Shown piece after piece: positions 9,270 to 19,616 of a stretch of DNA of 64,000 nt. The position numbers were made by a program, and so were the translations under genes. Where the stretch lies: contig CALLNY010000031.1 in NCBI GenBank assembly GCA_938005475.1, forward strand, positions 64,001-128,000, written 5' to 3'. The stretch's first letter is position 1; each line of letters begins with the position of its first letter. Origin of the DNA: an uncultured Bacteroidia bacterium (GTDB lineage: Bacteria > Bacteroidota > Bacteroidia > J057 > CALLMJ01). The notes under the pieces are model-generated. The model did not search any database. It saw only the letters and a program-made list of their open reading frames with translations, and had not been told where the DNA came from.

Positions 9270-10994
9270 ATGTACAGAGTAGGCTTTGCTAAAAAAGATA
9301 TAACTGCTTTTCTGAGAGGCATTGGAATGATGGGCTGGTGTAAACCTGGCAACGTAGTGGAAGAGGTTGAATCGAACTTATATGCAAGGGCGGTTGTAAT
9401 TGAATACCAAAACGAGAAAGTAGCGATTGTAGTAACAGAAACTGCTACTATGACGTTGGCTATGCGACAAATGGTACTCAAAAAATTAAAAACTACTTAC
9501 TCCCACTTAGGATTTAGAGAAAAAAATGTGCTTTTAATGGCTACTCATACGCACAGCGCTCCCGGCGGAAACTCCCATTATCTCCTCTATAATTTAACTA
9601 CTCCTGGTTACTCCTATGAAGTCACCGAAACTTATGTAACAGGTATTCTTGAAGCTATCATAGAAGCAGACCAACATAAGCAAAATGCTTTCATTTATTT
9701 TGGAAAATCCGAATTTAATCCTGCTATTCCGGTTGCTTTTAATCGCGCTATTGAAGCATGGAATCAGAATCCCGAAAATGAAAAATATGATGAACAACAC
9801 CGACACCTCGCATTAGACCGTAACGCCTATCAACTTACTTTCCTTAACGAACAATTAGTTCCTCTCGGAATACTCAATTTTTTTGCTGTTCATACTACTA
9901 CTGTCCATTCTGACAAAAAGACCATCAGCTCGGATAACAAAGGCTATGCCGCTAACCAATTAGAAAATCTAATGCGAATACAGAACCCCCATTTTGTTGC
10001 TATTTTTGCTCAAGGCGCCGCAGGGGATGTAAGCCCTAACTTCAAAATCCATAAAGGTGATAAAGAAAAAAGAGGTGAAACCACAGATGACTTCATCAAC
10101 CGTAAAATTAACGGAACTTACCAAATGGAAAAAGCCCAAGAGCTTATGTTTGATGCTAAAAATACTCCCTCTTTGATCCCCGCATTAGATTATGCTCTTA
10201 ATTACTTTGATATGACCCAATCGGTTGTTGACCCTGAATTTGTGCAAGGAAAACAAGGATTAACTACCGCAGACCCTTGTTTCGGTATCTATTTCATTGG
10301 TGGCACCGCCGAAGGACTAGGAATACCCCCTTTCTGGATACGTCTACTCGCTAATTTCGTTTCTAAAAGAAATCAAAAACTGCTCAAAAGAAGCCCCTAC
10401 TATGAACAATTATTCAAAGCGCAAGCTGAAAAAGTTATTTTAATCAATTGCAAAAAAGGAGAATTTGCTGGTACAGGTGCTTTTCATAAATTGCCTATCC
10501 CTGATTTTATAGACCCTTTCCTTGCCGAATTAAGAAGGCTTTCCGCATTGGGAGAAACTCATCTTCCCGCTCAACCGCTCGTCCCGGATATCTTGCCCCT
10601 CCAAATCATAAAAATTGGTGAAATTGCTATTGCCGCCGCCCCCACTGAATTAACTACTACCGCAGGGCTCCGTATCCAAAAACAAATCTTACAAAATTTA
10701 AACGGCGTTAAAGCGGTCATTGTAGCAGGTTACGCTAATGGATATGCCTCCTATACTACCACCCCCGAAGAATACGAAATCCAACATTATGAAGGAGCTA
10801 GTACGCTCTACGGAAAATATACTTTACCCGCCTTCCAAACCCATTTCCAGTCCTTAATCCGTGAACTGAATACCTCCAAGCATTTAAGACCCCTTGAACC
10901 CTCCTTATACCCCTATGAGTTCAAAGAAGAAGACCTCAAAAATCGATTATTTAAACCCTTCCAAAGTGCAGGAATCTTGAGAGTAAATAAATAA
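9270..10994 (+). CDS. neutral/alkaline non-lysosomal ceramidase family protein
   Basis: ...ATHTHSAPGG... and ...GAAGDVSPN... resemble the neutral ceramidase motifs. About 575 aa. Confidence 0.55.
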   Translation: MYRVGFAKKDITAFLRGIGMMGWCKPGNVVEEVESNLYARAVVIEYQNEKVAIVVTETATMTLAMRQMVLKKLKTTYSHLGFREKNVLLMATHTHSAPGGNSHYLLYNLTTPGYSYEVTETYVTGILEAIIEADQHKQNAFIYFGKSEFNPAIPVAFNRAIEAWNQNPENEKYDEQHRHLALDRNAYQLTFLNEQLVPLGILNFFAVHTTTVHSDKKTISSDNKGYAANQLENLMRIQNPHFVAIFAQGAAGDVSPNFKIHKGDKEKRGETTDDFINRKINGTYQMEKAQELMFDAKNTPSLIPALDYALNYFDMTQSVVDPEFVQGKQGLTTADPCFGIYFIGGTAEGLGIPPFWIRLLANFVSKRNQKLLKRSPYYEQLFKAQAEKVILINCKKGEFAGTGAFHKLPIPDFIDPFLAELRRLSALGETHLPAQPLVPDILPLQIIKIGEIAIAAAPTELTTTAGLRIQKQILQNLNGVKAVIVAGYANGYASYTTTPEEYEIQHYEGASTLYGKYTLPAFQTHFQSLIRELNTSKHLRPLEPSLYPYEFKEEDLKNRLFKPFQSAGILRVNK

Positions 10995-11043
10995 TTTGGT
11001 GCTATAACAACTAAAAACCTAATACTGGATTTTTATTTCGCTC

Positions 11044-12291
11044 ATGAATAGCCCTTCTATTGAAATATGGACACTCTCCAATGGCATTCGCGTCATTTCG
11101 CAATATCTCAAAAATTCCTTGATCGTACACGCTGGTATTATAGCTAATGTAGGTACAAGAGATGAAGAACTAACTCAAAATGGAATTGCTCATCTATTTG
11201 AACACATGGCTTTTAAAGGTACTAACAAACGTAAACCTTGGCATATCCTTAACTCTATTGACTCTGTCGGCGGTGAAATCAACGCCTTTACTACCCGTGA
11301 AAAAACTTGTTTTCATACCGTTACCACTAAACAACACCTCAAAAGAGCCATAGACCTACTCTCTGATATCGTTTTCTATTCTAACTTCCCCGAAAAAGAA
11401 CTCGTCAAAGAAAAACAAGTTATCTACGATGAAATGGATATGTATATTGACCTGCCCGAAGAGTCTATTTATGATGAATTTGAACAACTCCTCTTTCCTA
11501 ATCAAACCTTAGGGCTACCTATTCTCGGAACTCGCGAATCCCTAAATGGTATTACTACCAAAGATCTACTACTTTTCAGAAATCATCATTATTCTACTCC
11601 TAATATTGTAGTCAGTATTGTTGGAAACTTTAGAACAGATTTATTAGAAAAATATTGTAAACAGTTTTTAGAGCCTATTGCCTTAAATCCCCAAAAAAAA
11701 TTACGAAAAGCTTTTTATTTTGGGACTCCATTTGAAAAAATCGTCCCTAAATCCATCAATCAAGGACATATCATTGTAGGTGGTAAGGCTTGCTCCTATC
11801 TCTCCAAAGATTTTTACACTTTTTCTTTACTAGTCCATTACCTTGGTGGTGAAACCATGAATAATCTTTTGAACCTGAACATACGTGAAAAATTTGGAAT
11901 TTGTTATCATATCAATACTTTTTTTACTCCCTATGAAGATACAGGAATATGGGGAATTTATGCAGGCTTTGATTTTCATAACCTCAAAAAATTACAAAAA
12001 CTCATTCAAAAGGAACTACAACAAATTATTGATAAAGGAATTTCTACTAACAAATTAGAACGCATCAAAAAACAATTTATTGGACATTTGATTCTTGCTA
12101 ATGAAAGTAAATTTAATCGTCTACAAAGCCAAGCTAAAAATTTATTAGATTTTGGAAGGATAATAGATATTCAGGAAATAATTACTTTGATACAAAAAAT
12201 TACGAACGTTCAAATACAGGAAATAGCTAACTACTATCTCAACCCTCACAACCTTAATACGATTGTCTTTCAACCCATCTTAAAAACTTAA
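11044..12291 (+). CDS. M16 (pitrilysin/insulinase) family zinc peptidase
   Basis: HLFEHMAFKGT inverted zincin HxxEH motif. 415 aa. Confidence 0.8.
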   Translation: MNSPSIEIWTLSNGIRVISQYLKNSLIVHAGIIANVGTRDEELTQNGIAHLFEHMAFKGTNKRKPWHILNSIDSVGGEINAFTTREKTCFHTVTTKQHLKRAIDLLSDIVFYSNFPEKELVKEKQVIYDEMDMYIDLPEESIYDEFEQLLFPNQTLGLPILGTRESLNGITTKDLLLFRNHHYSTPNIVVSIVGNFRTDLLEKYCKQFLEPIALNPQKKLRKAFYFGTPFEKIVPKSINQGHIIVGGKACSYLSKDFYTFSLLVHYLGGETMNNLLNLNIREKFGICYHINTFFTPYEDTGIWGIYAGFDFHNLKKLQKLIQKELQQIIDKGISTNKLERIKKQFIGHLILANESKFNRLQSQAKNLLDFGRIIDIQEIITLIQKITNVQIQEIANYYLNPHNLNTIVFQPILKT

Positions 12292-12366
12292 TATCCATGC
12301 AAACTGACTAGTGAATTATATGTTAAAAAAATATTTATTAGTTACTGCATGTAAGCAAAATATTAT

Positions 12367-12374
12367 TACTTTTG
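12367..12374 (+). promoter_or_regulatory. -7 element TACTTTTG upstream of the TPR-PP2C gene
   Basis: Exact TAnnTTTG match 15 nt upstream of the ATG at 12390. Confidence 0.4.
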
Positions 12375-12389
12375 CGGTAAAGCCTTTTT

Positions 12390-14348
12390 ATGCAAGTCAA
12401 AGAAGTATTAGCGCAATTAGAAAATCTTCAAGATATCAAAGAACAAATTGATTATTTGAATGATATGGCTTATATCCATCGTTTTTCTAATACTTCTTTA
12501 ATGGAAGAACTTTCCAAAAAAGCCTTAGAACTTTCTCTCTCCATCAATGATTTAGCTAGAATTGCTCGCTCTTGGCGAAACATAGGAATTGTTAATATTG
12601 TCTATGGTTTCTTTGAAAAAGCTATGGAGTGCTTGCAAACCTCCTTGAAAATTTACGAAGACATTCACGATGAAGCAGGGCAAGCCGCCGTATCAGGTAA
12701 TATTGGTAGAGTTTACTTTTCTCTCGGGCAACATGAAAGTGCTATCCATTGGTACTTAAAATGTATTGATAAATGTATTCCCATCCATCTAGAAAGAGAT
12801 TTAGGAATTGCTTACGACAACCTCGCAGAAGTTTTTATGGTTCTAACAAACTACAGCCAAGCCTTTGATTATGTCAATAAAGCTATTCCCATTTTTGAAA
12901 AACTTCGTGAATTTTCTTTGTTAGCAGTATCCTATGAAACCCTTGGTGAAATTTATTATAAACAAAACCAATATGAAGAGGCTATGAAATGGCAACTGAA
13001 AGCCATTGAAATTGCAGAAAAAGTAGATGACCACAGCAATATTGCAAGAGGCTATCTCCAAATTGGTAAAATTTACAGAAAAAAAAGAAACTACAAAGAA
13101 TCATTAAAAGCTTTTCTTCGGGCATTAAGCATCGCTGAACCTATTCATAACAAAGATACTGTAGGAACTGCTTGTTTGCAATTAGCCATTTTATCCTTTG
13201 ATGCGGATGAGTTAGAGGAAGCTCATAATTACGCCCAAAGATGTTTAAAAGTCGCTATTGAAACAGGTATGAAACATTTAGAAGCTAATGCTTACAGAAT
13301 ATTAAGCAATATTGCCGAAGAAAAAAAAGATTTTAAAACAGCACTAGAATTTTATAAACAATTTGAAAAAGTTAAATCAGAAACTATTCAACTTTCTTCT
13401 GAACAAACCATCAAAAATATCACGATTGCCGCTAACGTAGAAAAATCAGAAAAAGAAAAAGAAATCTTCCGTTTAAAAAATACCGAATTAGCAGAAGCAA
13501 ATTATAAAATCCAAAAACAAAAAGAACGTTTAGAAAATGCCCTCAAAGAAATTGAAGCTACCAACAAAGAATTAGAAGAAAAAAATCAAGATATTTTAGA
13601 AAGTATCCAATATGCACAAAGAATACAAGAAGCTATTCTATGCACCGAAGCTGATGTCAAAAAATTGTTACCTAATTCTTTCATTTTTTTTAAGCCTAGA
13701 GACATAGTATCAGGGGATTTTTTTTGGATAGCTGAAAAAGAAGGAAAAATACTTGCGGCAGCTTGTGATTGTACAGGGCATGGCGTTCCTGCCGCTATCA
13801 TCTCTGTTATCGGCAATAATCTCCTCAATGATGTTGTCCTTAATAAGAACATTATTGACCCCGGCAAAATCCTTACTCAACTCCATAAAGGTATGCAAGC
13901 CATCTTAAAACAAAATCAAACTTCAGACAATGAAACTCGCGATGGAATGGACATATCGCTCATATGTATCGATAATCTTGCTAAAAACATTAAGTTTTCA
14001 GGGGCTTTTAGTAATCTTTTTATAGCCTCTAAGGGAATATTAGATGAAATAGCAGGCGATAAATATGCTATCGGCGGCTCACAAGACGAAATGTTTAGAT
14101 TATTTACTACACATACCATAGAATTCTATGGCGGTGAAATGATTTACCTTGCCACAGACGGTATCCCTAACCAAATTGGAGGAAAAGAAGGTAAACGTTT
14201 CCGCTCTAAACAATTTAAAGAACTCCTTGATACCGTTTCTACCCTTGACCTCGAAAAACAAAAACAAATCATACAAAACCGCTTTCAAGAATGGATGAAT
14301 GGATATGCACAAATTGATGATGTATTAGTATGGGGAATCCGTTTATGA
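12390..14348 (+). CDS. TPR-repeat protein with coiled coil and C-terminal PP2C/SpoIIE-type serine phosphatase domain
   Basis: N-terminal TPR-like helical repeats, K/E-rich coiled coil, then ...IVSGDFFWIAEK...AACDCTGHGVPAAIISVIG...ATDGIPNQ...DDVLVWGIRL (SpoIIE/RsbU-like). Confidence 0.75.
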   Translation: MQVKEVLAQLENLQDIKEQIDYLNDMAYIHRFSNTSLMEELSKKALELSLSINDLARIARSWRNIGIVNIVYGFFEKAMECLQTSLKIYEDIHDEAGQAAVSGNIGRVYFSLGQHESAIHWYLKCIDKCIPIHLERDLGIAYDNLAEVFMVLTNYSQAFDYVNKAIPIFEKLREFSLLAVSYETLGEIYYKQNQYEEAMKWQLKAIEIAEKVDDHSNIARGYLQIGKIYRKKRNYKESLKAFLRALSIAEPIHNKDTVGTACLQLAILSFDADELEEAHNYAQRCLKVAIETGMKHLEANAYRILSNIAEEKKDFKTALEFYKQFEKVKSETIQLSSEQTIKNITIAANVEKSEKEKEIFRLKNTELAEANYKIQKQKERLENALKEIEATNKELEEKNQDILESIQYAQRIQEAILCTEADVKKLLPNSFIFFKPRDIVSGDFFWIAEKEGKILAAACDCTGHGVPAAIISVIGNNLLNDVVLNKNIIDPGKILTQLHKGMQAILKQNQTSDNETRDGMDISLICIDNLAKNIKFSGAFSNLFIASKGILDEIAGDKYAIGGSQDEMFRLFTTHTIEFYGGEMIYLATDGIPNQIGGKEGKRFRSKQFKELLDTVSTLDLEKQKQIIQNRFQEWMNGYAQIDDVLVWGIRL

Positions 14349-15037
14349 AAAAGAATATTGTTATCACCGGAATTACTAAAGGAATTGGTAGAGCTATCGC
14401 CCTAAAATTTAAAAATGAAAACTTTCATTTAATTGGTTGCTCCTCTAATATCCTAAATATTCAAAACTTCCTAAAAGAATTTCCCGAAGCCGATACTCAA
14501 CAAGTGAACCTTGCTAACAAAAATGAAGTTCAAAACTGGGGCAATTATATCCTAGAAAAATATTCTACCATAGAAATCCTTGTAAATAACGCAGGGAAAT
14601 TTATTCCCGGTCAAATTCATAACGAAGAAGACGGCGTATTTGAACACCTGTTACATGTTAATTTGCATTCCGCTTATCATCTCACAAGAGTTTTATTACC
14701 CCTATTCATGAAACAAAAAAGTGGTACTATCTTTAATATTTGTAGTACCGCAAGCATCAAACCTTATCTAAATGGGGGTTCGTATTGTATATCAAAATTT
14801 GCTTTATTAGGATTAACGAAACTTCTTCGTCACGAAATGAAAAACTTTGGTGTTCGCATTGTAGGCATCTTACCCGGTGCCACCCTCACCGACTCCTGGG
14901 CTGGCGTAGACCTCCCCGCAAACCGATTCCTCCAACCCCAAGACCTCGCTAATTTAGTTTTTTCTATCTATCAACTCCCTCCTAACACCCTCGTAGAAGA
15001 AATCATTATTCGACCTTTATTAGGTGATATAGAGTAA
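14345..15037 (+). CDS. short-chain dehydrogenase/reductase (SDR)
   Basis: VITGITKGIGRAIA Rossmann motif, NNAG and YCISKFA (YxxxK). ATG overlaps the upstream stop (ATGA). Confidence 0.75.
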   Translation: MKKNIVITGITKGIGRAIALKFKNENFHLIGCSSNILNIQNFLKEFPEADTQQVNLANKNEVQNWGNYILEKYSTIEILVNNAGKFIPGQIHNEEDGVFEHLLHVNLHSAYHLTRVLLPLFMKQKSGTIFNICSTASIKPYLNGGSYCISKFALLGLTKLLRHEMKNFGVRIVGILPGATLTDSWAGVDLPANRFLQPQDLANLVFSIYQLPPNTLVEEIIIRPLLGDIE

Positions 15038-15094
15038 CTTTTATTTTTACCTTCTTTATTTTTTTTATTATCTTTGTATTGAATTACTATCGCC

Positions 15095-17278
15095 ATGAGA
15101 AGGTTTTTATTTTTTTTATTTCTATACTTAAATACTATTTCCCTCGCTCAACTGCCCAGTAACGCATTTAAGGTAGTTCATGGCTTGGATACCCTCGCTT
15201 TCCCCTGGACAGGCGGTTGGGATAACCCCCGATTTAATAATATTGACCTCAACCAAGACAATAAAATGGATTTAGTCATTCTAGATAGAAAAGACCAAAA
15301 AATTTTAACTTTCTTACATATTGGCAATGTTGGTACAACGCAATTCCGTTTCGCTCCCGAATATATCCCTATCTTTCCAAAAGAAATTCGTAACTGGATG
15401 CTAATATTAGATTACAATTGTGATAACCAACCCGATATATTTTGTGGTAATGAACTTAATAATTTAGTAACAGTTTATAAAAATACTACTCTCCAAAAAG
15501 GATATTTAAGTTTTGAATTAGCTTTTGATACGCTTTGGGCTGATAATATGTTTAATACCTTCTATCCTTTAAGTACGAACGATATTCCAGCTATCGCAGA
15601 CGTTGATTTTGATGGAGACATAGATTTTTTAGTTCAAGATGGATTAGGTTCAAGATTAGAATTTTATCGTAATGAAGCTATGCTCTGCGGAGATTTTGAT
15701 TTGAAACTTCATTCTTTGTGTTGGGGGCACTTCAATGAATTCTCCGATACCTTCGCAAGTGTTTTATTAAATCAACCTTGTTTCAATGAATACAAAACTA
15801 TGCACCAAGGCGGAGCCTACCTTGCTCTACAATTAAATGGTGATACTTTAATCGATTTAATTTTAACCGATGATGGACCCACTAATGCGGTCGCTTTGAT
15901 CAATGGTGGTTCGCGAAGAATTGCTCATATCACTCAAAAAGATACCGCTTTCCCAAGTTATAATATACCTATTAATTTACATTATTTCCCTGCTCTTTAT
16001 CATGTGGACGTAGACGGCGACCAAAAAAAAGATTTAATTGCCGCTGTTAACGGATTAGATTTTCCCTCTCCCTCGAATCCCACCTATGTACTGAACTGGG
16101 GCCAAGCCGCTCACTTCTACAAAAATATCGGTAATAACCAATCCCCAAACTTCCAACTACAAAAAAAAGATTTCTTCTTTGACCATACTATTGATGGGGG
16201 AAGTTATGCTAATCCTATCCTTTTGGATGAAGACCAAGACGGTGATCTAGATTTACTTATCCTCATTGAACAAAAAACTATATGGACAGGCATCCATTAT
16301 GCACAACGTAAAGAATGGCGTTTCTATGAAAATATAACCAACAATTATAATCCCGTTTTCAAGCTTGTCACTTCTAATTACAATGGTTTCAATAACCTTA
16401 CCCTTTTAGATAATCTCAAAGTACCACACCCAACCGTAGCGGATATAGACAATGATGGTGATTGGGATTTGTTTGTTGGTCATAACGGAGGAAAAATCGT
16501 ATTTTTTGAAAACATAACTACCGGCGGCTCTGCTAATTTTCAGTTAGCTTCCATAGATTATCTCAGCTTAAATTTATCCGGAAAAGGTTGCTTTCCCCAT
16601 TTCGCAGATGTAGATAACGACAATGATTTAGACCTAATCATAGGTAGAGAAAATGGAACACTTACTTTTATAGAAAATACAGGAACTCCCAGTATGGCTA
16701 ACTGGGCTAATCCAATTTATAATTGGGGAGGGGTTGATGTTTCGGATTATTTAAATCCTTTTATTTCTAACGCTAAACCCTTCTGGTTTGATTATAATCA
16801 AGATGGGAACTCCGAACTGCTCGTTGGAAATTTGCAAGGTGAAATTCATATTTACGAGCCTAATGGAACTCCGAATTTTACTTATAAGGGAATGTTATTT
16901 AATGAAAGAATAACCGAGGCGGCATCTCCCTTTATCGTAAAGTTTCATAGTCAAGACAGCATTACGATTTGGGTAGGCTCTAGAAAGGGGGGAGTTTATC
17001 TATTCAGAATACCTCAGGGTTTTACTACTGCTCAACAGCCCATCTTAAAATTAGATTGCCATGTTTTCCCTAATCCCGCATCCTCTGAACTCTTTATTCA
17101 AACTAATTGCCCGCATTTTGAATGCTTTTTTTATAATTTGCAGGGACAAAAAATGCTCTATCATTCCTCCTCCCAACCTAAAACGATTCTCAATATTAGC
17201 GATTTACCCGCAGGATTGTATTTCGTGAAAATCAATACCGATGAGCATGTTCAAATTGTTAAAGTGGTTAAACAGTAA
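15095..17278 (+). CDS. FG-GAP/VCBS-repeat protein with T9SS type-A C-terminal sorting domain
   Basis: Repeated DxDxDGDxD Ca-binding loops (FG-GAP-like) and a signal peptide. C-terminus ...FPNPASSELFIQTN...LPAGLYFVKINTDEHVQIVKVVKQ. Confidence 0.7.
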   Translation: MRRFLFFLFLYLNTISLAQLPSNAFKVVHGLDTLAFPWTGGWDNPRFNNIDLNQDNKMDLVILDRKDQKILTFLHIGNVGTTQFRFAPEYIPIFPKEIRNWMLILDYNCDNQPDIFCGNELNNLVTVYKNTTLQKGYLSFELAFDTLWADNMFNTFYPLSTNDIPAIADVDFDGDIDFLVQDGLGSRLEFYRNEAMLCGDFDLKLHSLCWGHFNEFSDTFASVLLNQPCFNEYKTMHQGGAYLALQLNGDTLIDLILTDDGPTNAVALINGGSRRIAHITQKDTAFPSYNIPINLHYFPALYHVDVDGDQKKDLIAAVNGLDFPSPSNPTYVLNWGQAAHFYKNIGNNQSPNFQLQKKDFFFDHTIDGGSYANPILLDEDQDGDLDLLILIEQKTIWTGIHYAQRKEWRFYENITNNYNPVFKLVTSNYNGFNNLTLLDNLKVPHPTVADIDNDGDWDLFVGHNGGKIVFFENITTGGSANFQLASIDYLSLNLSGKGCFPHFADVDNDNDLDLIIGRENGTLTFIENTGTPSMANWANPIYNWGGVDVSDYLNPFISNAKPFWFDYNQDGNSELLVGNLQGEIHIYEPNGTPNFTYKGMLFNERITEAASPFIVKFHSQDSITIWVGSRKGGVYLFRIPQGFTTAQQPILKLDCHVFPNPASSELFIQTNCPHFECFFYNLQGQKMLYHSSSQPKTILNISDLPAGLYFVKINTDEHVQIVKVVKQ

Positions 17279-17285
17279 GCTAACC

Positions 17286-18842
17286 TTACATCACTGTAAT
17301 ATAAGACGGGTATTTATACGATTTATAACAATTTTCATTGACGAAGACCGTCAGGGTTACATAATAAAAACCGGGTAGGTGATATGATTTAATGGGGTTT
17401 TTTTCTGTGGAATATGTGCCATCCCCAAAGTCCCATAGAAATCGTTCTCCGTAATTGGATTGGTTTTGGAAGCGAATGGGAGTATCCATTTTTTCGAAGT
17501 TATTTTTGATATCCATAGTAAACATGGGTTTCACAAACTCGCAATCTATTTCATGAATGGATAGTAACCAAAAATCATTTTCTTTTTTTAATTCGTTTTT
17601 TTCAAAGTGATTATGTTTTTCGGCTAGTACAAAAAATTCGTGAGGTTTATATTCAATGACATCGATTCCTTTTTCATAGGTGGGACCACCGTAGGTTTTT
17701 TGCCATAGGATATCACCGAAGCCATCGGTTCGAATAACCCAACAATCATATCCCCCTTTTATGTAGGGATTTTCAAGGTTTTCGTAATAAGAATATCCTG
17801 TTAGAATGAGTCCACCGTCGCTGGTTGGATAAAGTGAAGTTAAAACTTCATGTCCTTTATCGCCCCATTTACGATTAAATAGTGGATTGCCAAGTGCATC
17901 TAACTTGACTAACCAGAATTGGTAACCTTTTCCTTCTACGAAAGAAGTTCCACAAGCATAAATAAAACCATATTTATTCTCAATGACTTTATAAAGATGG
18001 TCTTCATAGCTTTCTTTGAATATTCTTTCCCAAACTTTTGTACCAGCAAAATCTAATTTGGTTATCCAAGCATCTCCATTGATGCGTCCTTGGGATTGGT
18101 CTAATTCTTCTGAGTTAGTGAAACCGACAACAATATATCCACCATCTTTGGTTTTAGAGATATGATTAGCCCAGTCATTCTTTTTACCACCATATTTAAA
18201 TTCGCGAATAAGTTCTCCATTTTTACTGACGATAGTAAGCCAAGCATCGTTTGCGCCGAAATGAGGCGAAGATGCATCAAAATCTTTGGACCATGTAGCC
18301 CCAACCGCTATAGCACCTCCGTAGGGAGAAGTTGTAATACCGTTTGCCATGTCTTGGTAAGTGCCTCCTATTATTTTTTTCCAATGTAGATTACCGTTAG
18401 GATGGATTTTCCCGATTAAAAAATCTGCGGTTTCTAGTGTATCCGCAAATTCGGGATGTTTAAACGTAGAACCTGAGATTCCACAGAAGAGTATTGTAGA
18501 GTCAGGTGCCGCGGCTAATGAACGTATCTCATCACAACCGATTCCCCCGATGGTTTGGCTCCATAAAAGACTACCCTGTGGATTAATCTTAAACAAAATT
18601 CCGTCTGTACAATCTTTTGTATTTTTAGCAATAAAGTTTCCTGCAACATATAAATTAGAGTCTAAGCCCATTACAAGCGCAGTTGCTTGGTCATTTTGTG
18701 AAGAGCCATAGAATTTTTGGAACTTTAGTTCAGGGAAATACATCTGGCCATAGAATGTTAATGGTAAGATAAAAAATACCATCCAATGATGTAATATTGG
18801 GTTTGAGAGAGGTATAGGGATTAAGGACATGAAGTAATACAA
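17286..18842 (-). CDS. SBBP beta-propeller repeat protein with C-terminal PKD domain (secreted)
   Basis: Repeating ...GG..DAW...DGGYI.VGFTNS... units (Bacteroidetes SBBP repeat). C-terminal ...FLWDFGDGTYSTEKNP...YYVTLTV PKD motif. The start may be the internal MVFFILPL signal-peptide Met. Confidence 0.6.
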   Translation of the reverse strand: MYYFMSLIPIPLSNPILHHWMVFFILPLTFYGQMYFPELKFQKFYGSSQNDQATALVMGLDSNLYVAGNFIAKNTKDCTDGILFKINPQGSLLWSQTIGGIGCDEIRSLAAAPDSTILFCGISGSTFKHPEFADTLETADFLIGKIHPNGNLHWKKIIGGTYQDMANGITTSPYGGAIAVGATWSKDFDASSPHFGANDAWLTIVSKNGELIREFKYGGKKNDWANHISKTKDGGYIVVGFTNSEELDQSQGRINGDAWITKLDFAGTKVWERIFKESYEDHLYKVIENKYGFIYACGTSFVEGKGYQFWLVKLDALGNPLFNRKWGDKGHEVLTSLYPTSDGGLILTGYSYYENLENPYIKGGYDCWVIRTDGFGDILWQKTYGGPTYEKGIDVIEYKPHEFFVLAEKHNHFEKNELKKENDFWLLSIHEIDCEFVKPMFTMDIKNNFEKMDTPIRFQNQSNYGERFLWDFGDGTYSTEKNPIKSYHLPGFYYVTLTVFVNENCYKSYKYPSYITVM

Positions 18843-19613
18843 TTATTCAAAACGAAGATGTTTAACGGAGTCTCCTCTATTTTTGATTTCGTTAAGAGCG
18901 TCAATACCGATTTGCAAATGTTTTTCTGCGAACAAGGCAGTAACTTTTTGGTCGGAGGTTTGGGTTTTGATACCTTCGGGGATCATGGGTTGGTCTGATA
19001 CCAGGAGCAAGGCACCACGTGGAATTTCATTTTTAAATCCCGTAATAAAGAGCGTAGCAGTTTCCATATCGATAGCCATGACGCGGATTTTTTCTAAATA
19101 TTTTTTAAATTCTTCATCATGCTCCCATACTCTACGGTTAGTGGTATAAACCGTGCCTGTCCAATAATCTAGTTCGTATTTTTTTATCATTGAGGATACA
19201 GCACGTTGTAGTTGGAAAGAAGGTAAGGCAGGCACCTCAGGGGGCAAGTAATCATTAGAAGTTCCTTCGCCGCGAATAGCGGCAATCGGCAGGATAAGGT
19301 CTCCAATTGCTGTTTTCTTTTTAAGTCCTCCACATTTACCTAAAAATAAAGCGGCTTTAACTTCAATTGCAGTAAGTAAATCCATAATTGTAGCTGCCAT
19401 GGCAGAGCCCATCCCAAAATTGATAATGGTTATGCCTTCAGCAGTAGCGGACTGCATCGGTTTATCCATTCCAAACACTGAAACCCCAAATTTTTGTGCG
19501 AACATATCAACATAGTTGATAAAATTCGTAAGCAGTATATACTGCCCAAATTCTTCTAATGGTCTTCCTGTATATCTTGGTAACCAATTTTTTACAATTT
19601 CTTCTTTTGTCAT
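18843..19613 (-). CDS. PNP/UDP-type nucleoside phosphorylase family protein (short AMP nucleosidase-like)
   Basis: ...TIINFGMGSAMAATIMDLL...FLGKCGGL...ILPIAAIRGEGTS... fits the phosphorylase-I fold. 256 aa. Confidence 0.55.
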   Translation of the reverse strand: MTKEEIVKNWLPRYTGRPLEEFGQYILLTNFINYVDMFAQKFGVSVFGMDKPMQSATAEGITIINFGMGSAMAATIMDLLTAIEVKAALFLGKCGGLKKKTAIGDLILPIAAIRGEGTSNDYLPPEVPALPSFQLQRAVSSMIKKYELDYWTGTVYTTNRRVWEHDEEFKKYLEKIRVMAIDMETATLFITGFKNEIPRGALLLVSDQPMIPEGIKTQTSDQKVTALFAEKHLQIGIDALNEIKNRGDSVKHLRFE

Positions 19614-19616
19614 AAA

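Noticed and set aside
17271-17300. ACAGT...ACTGT inverted repeat between the convergent FG-GAP and SBBP genes as a bidirectional terminator
   Set aside because: The stem is 5 bp with a long loop and no flanking U-tracts, so it is too weak to call.
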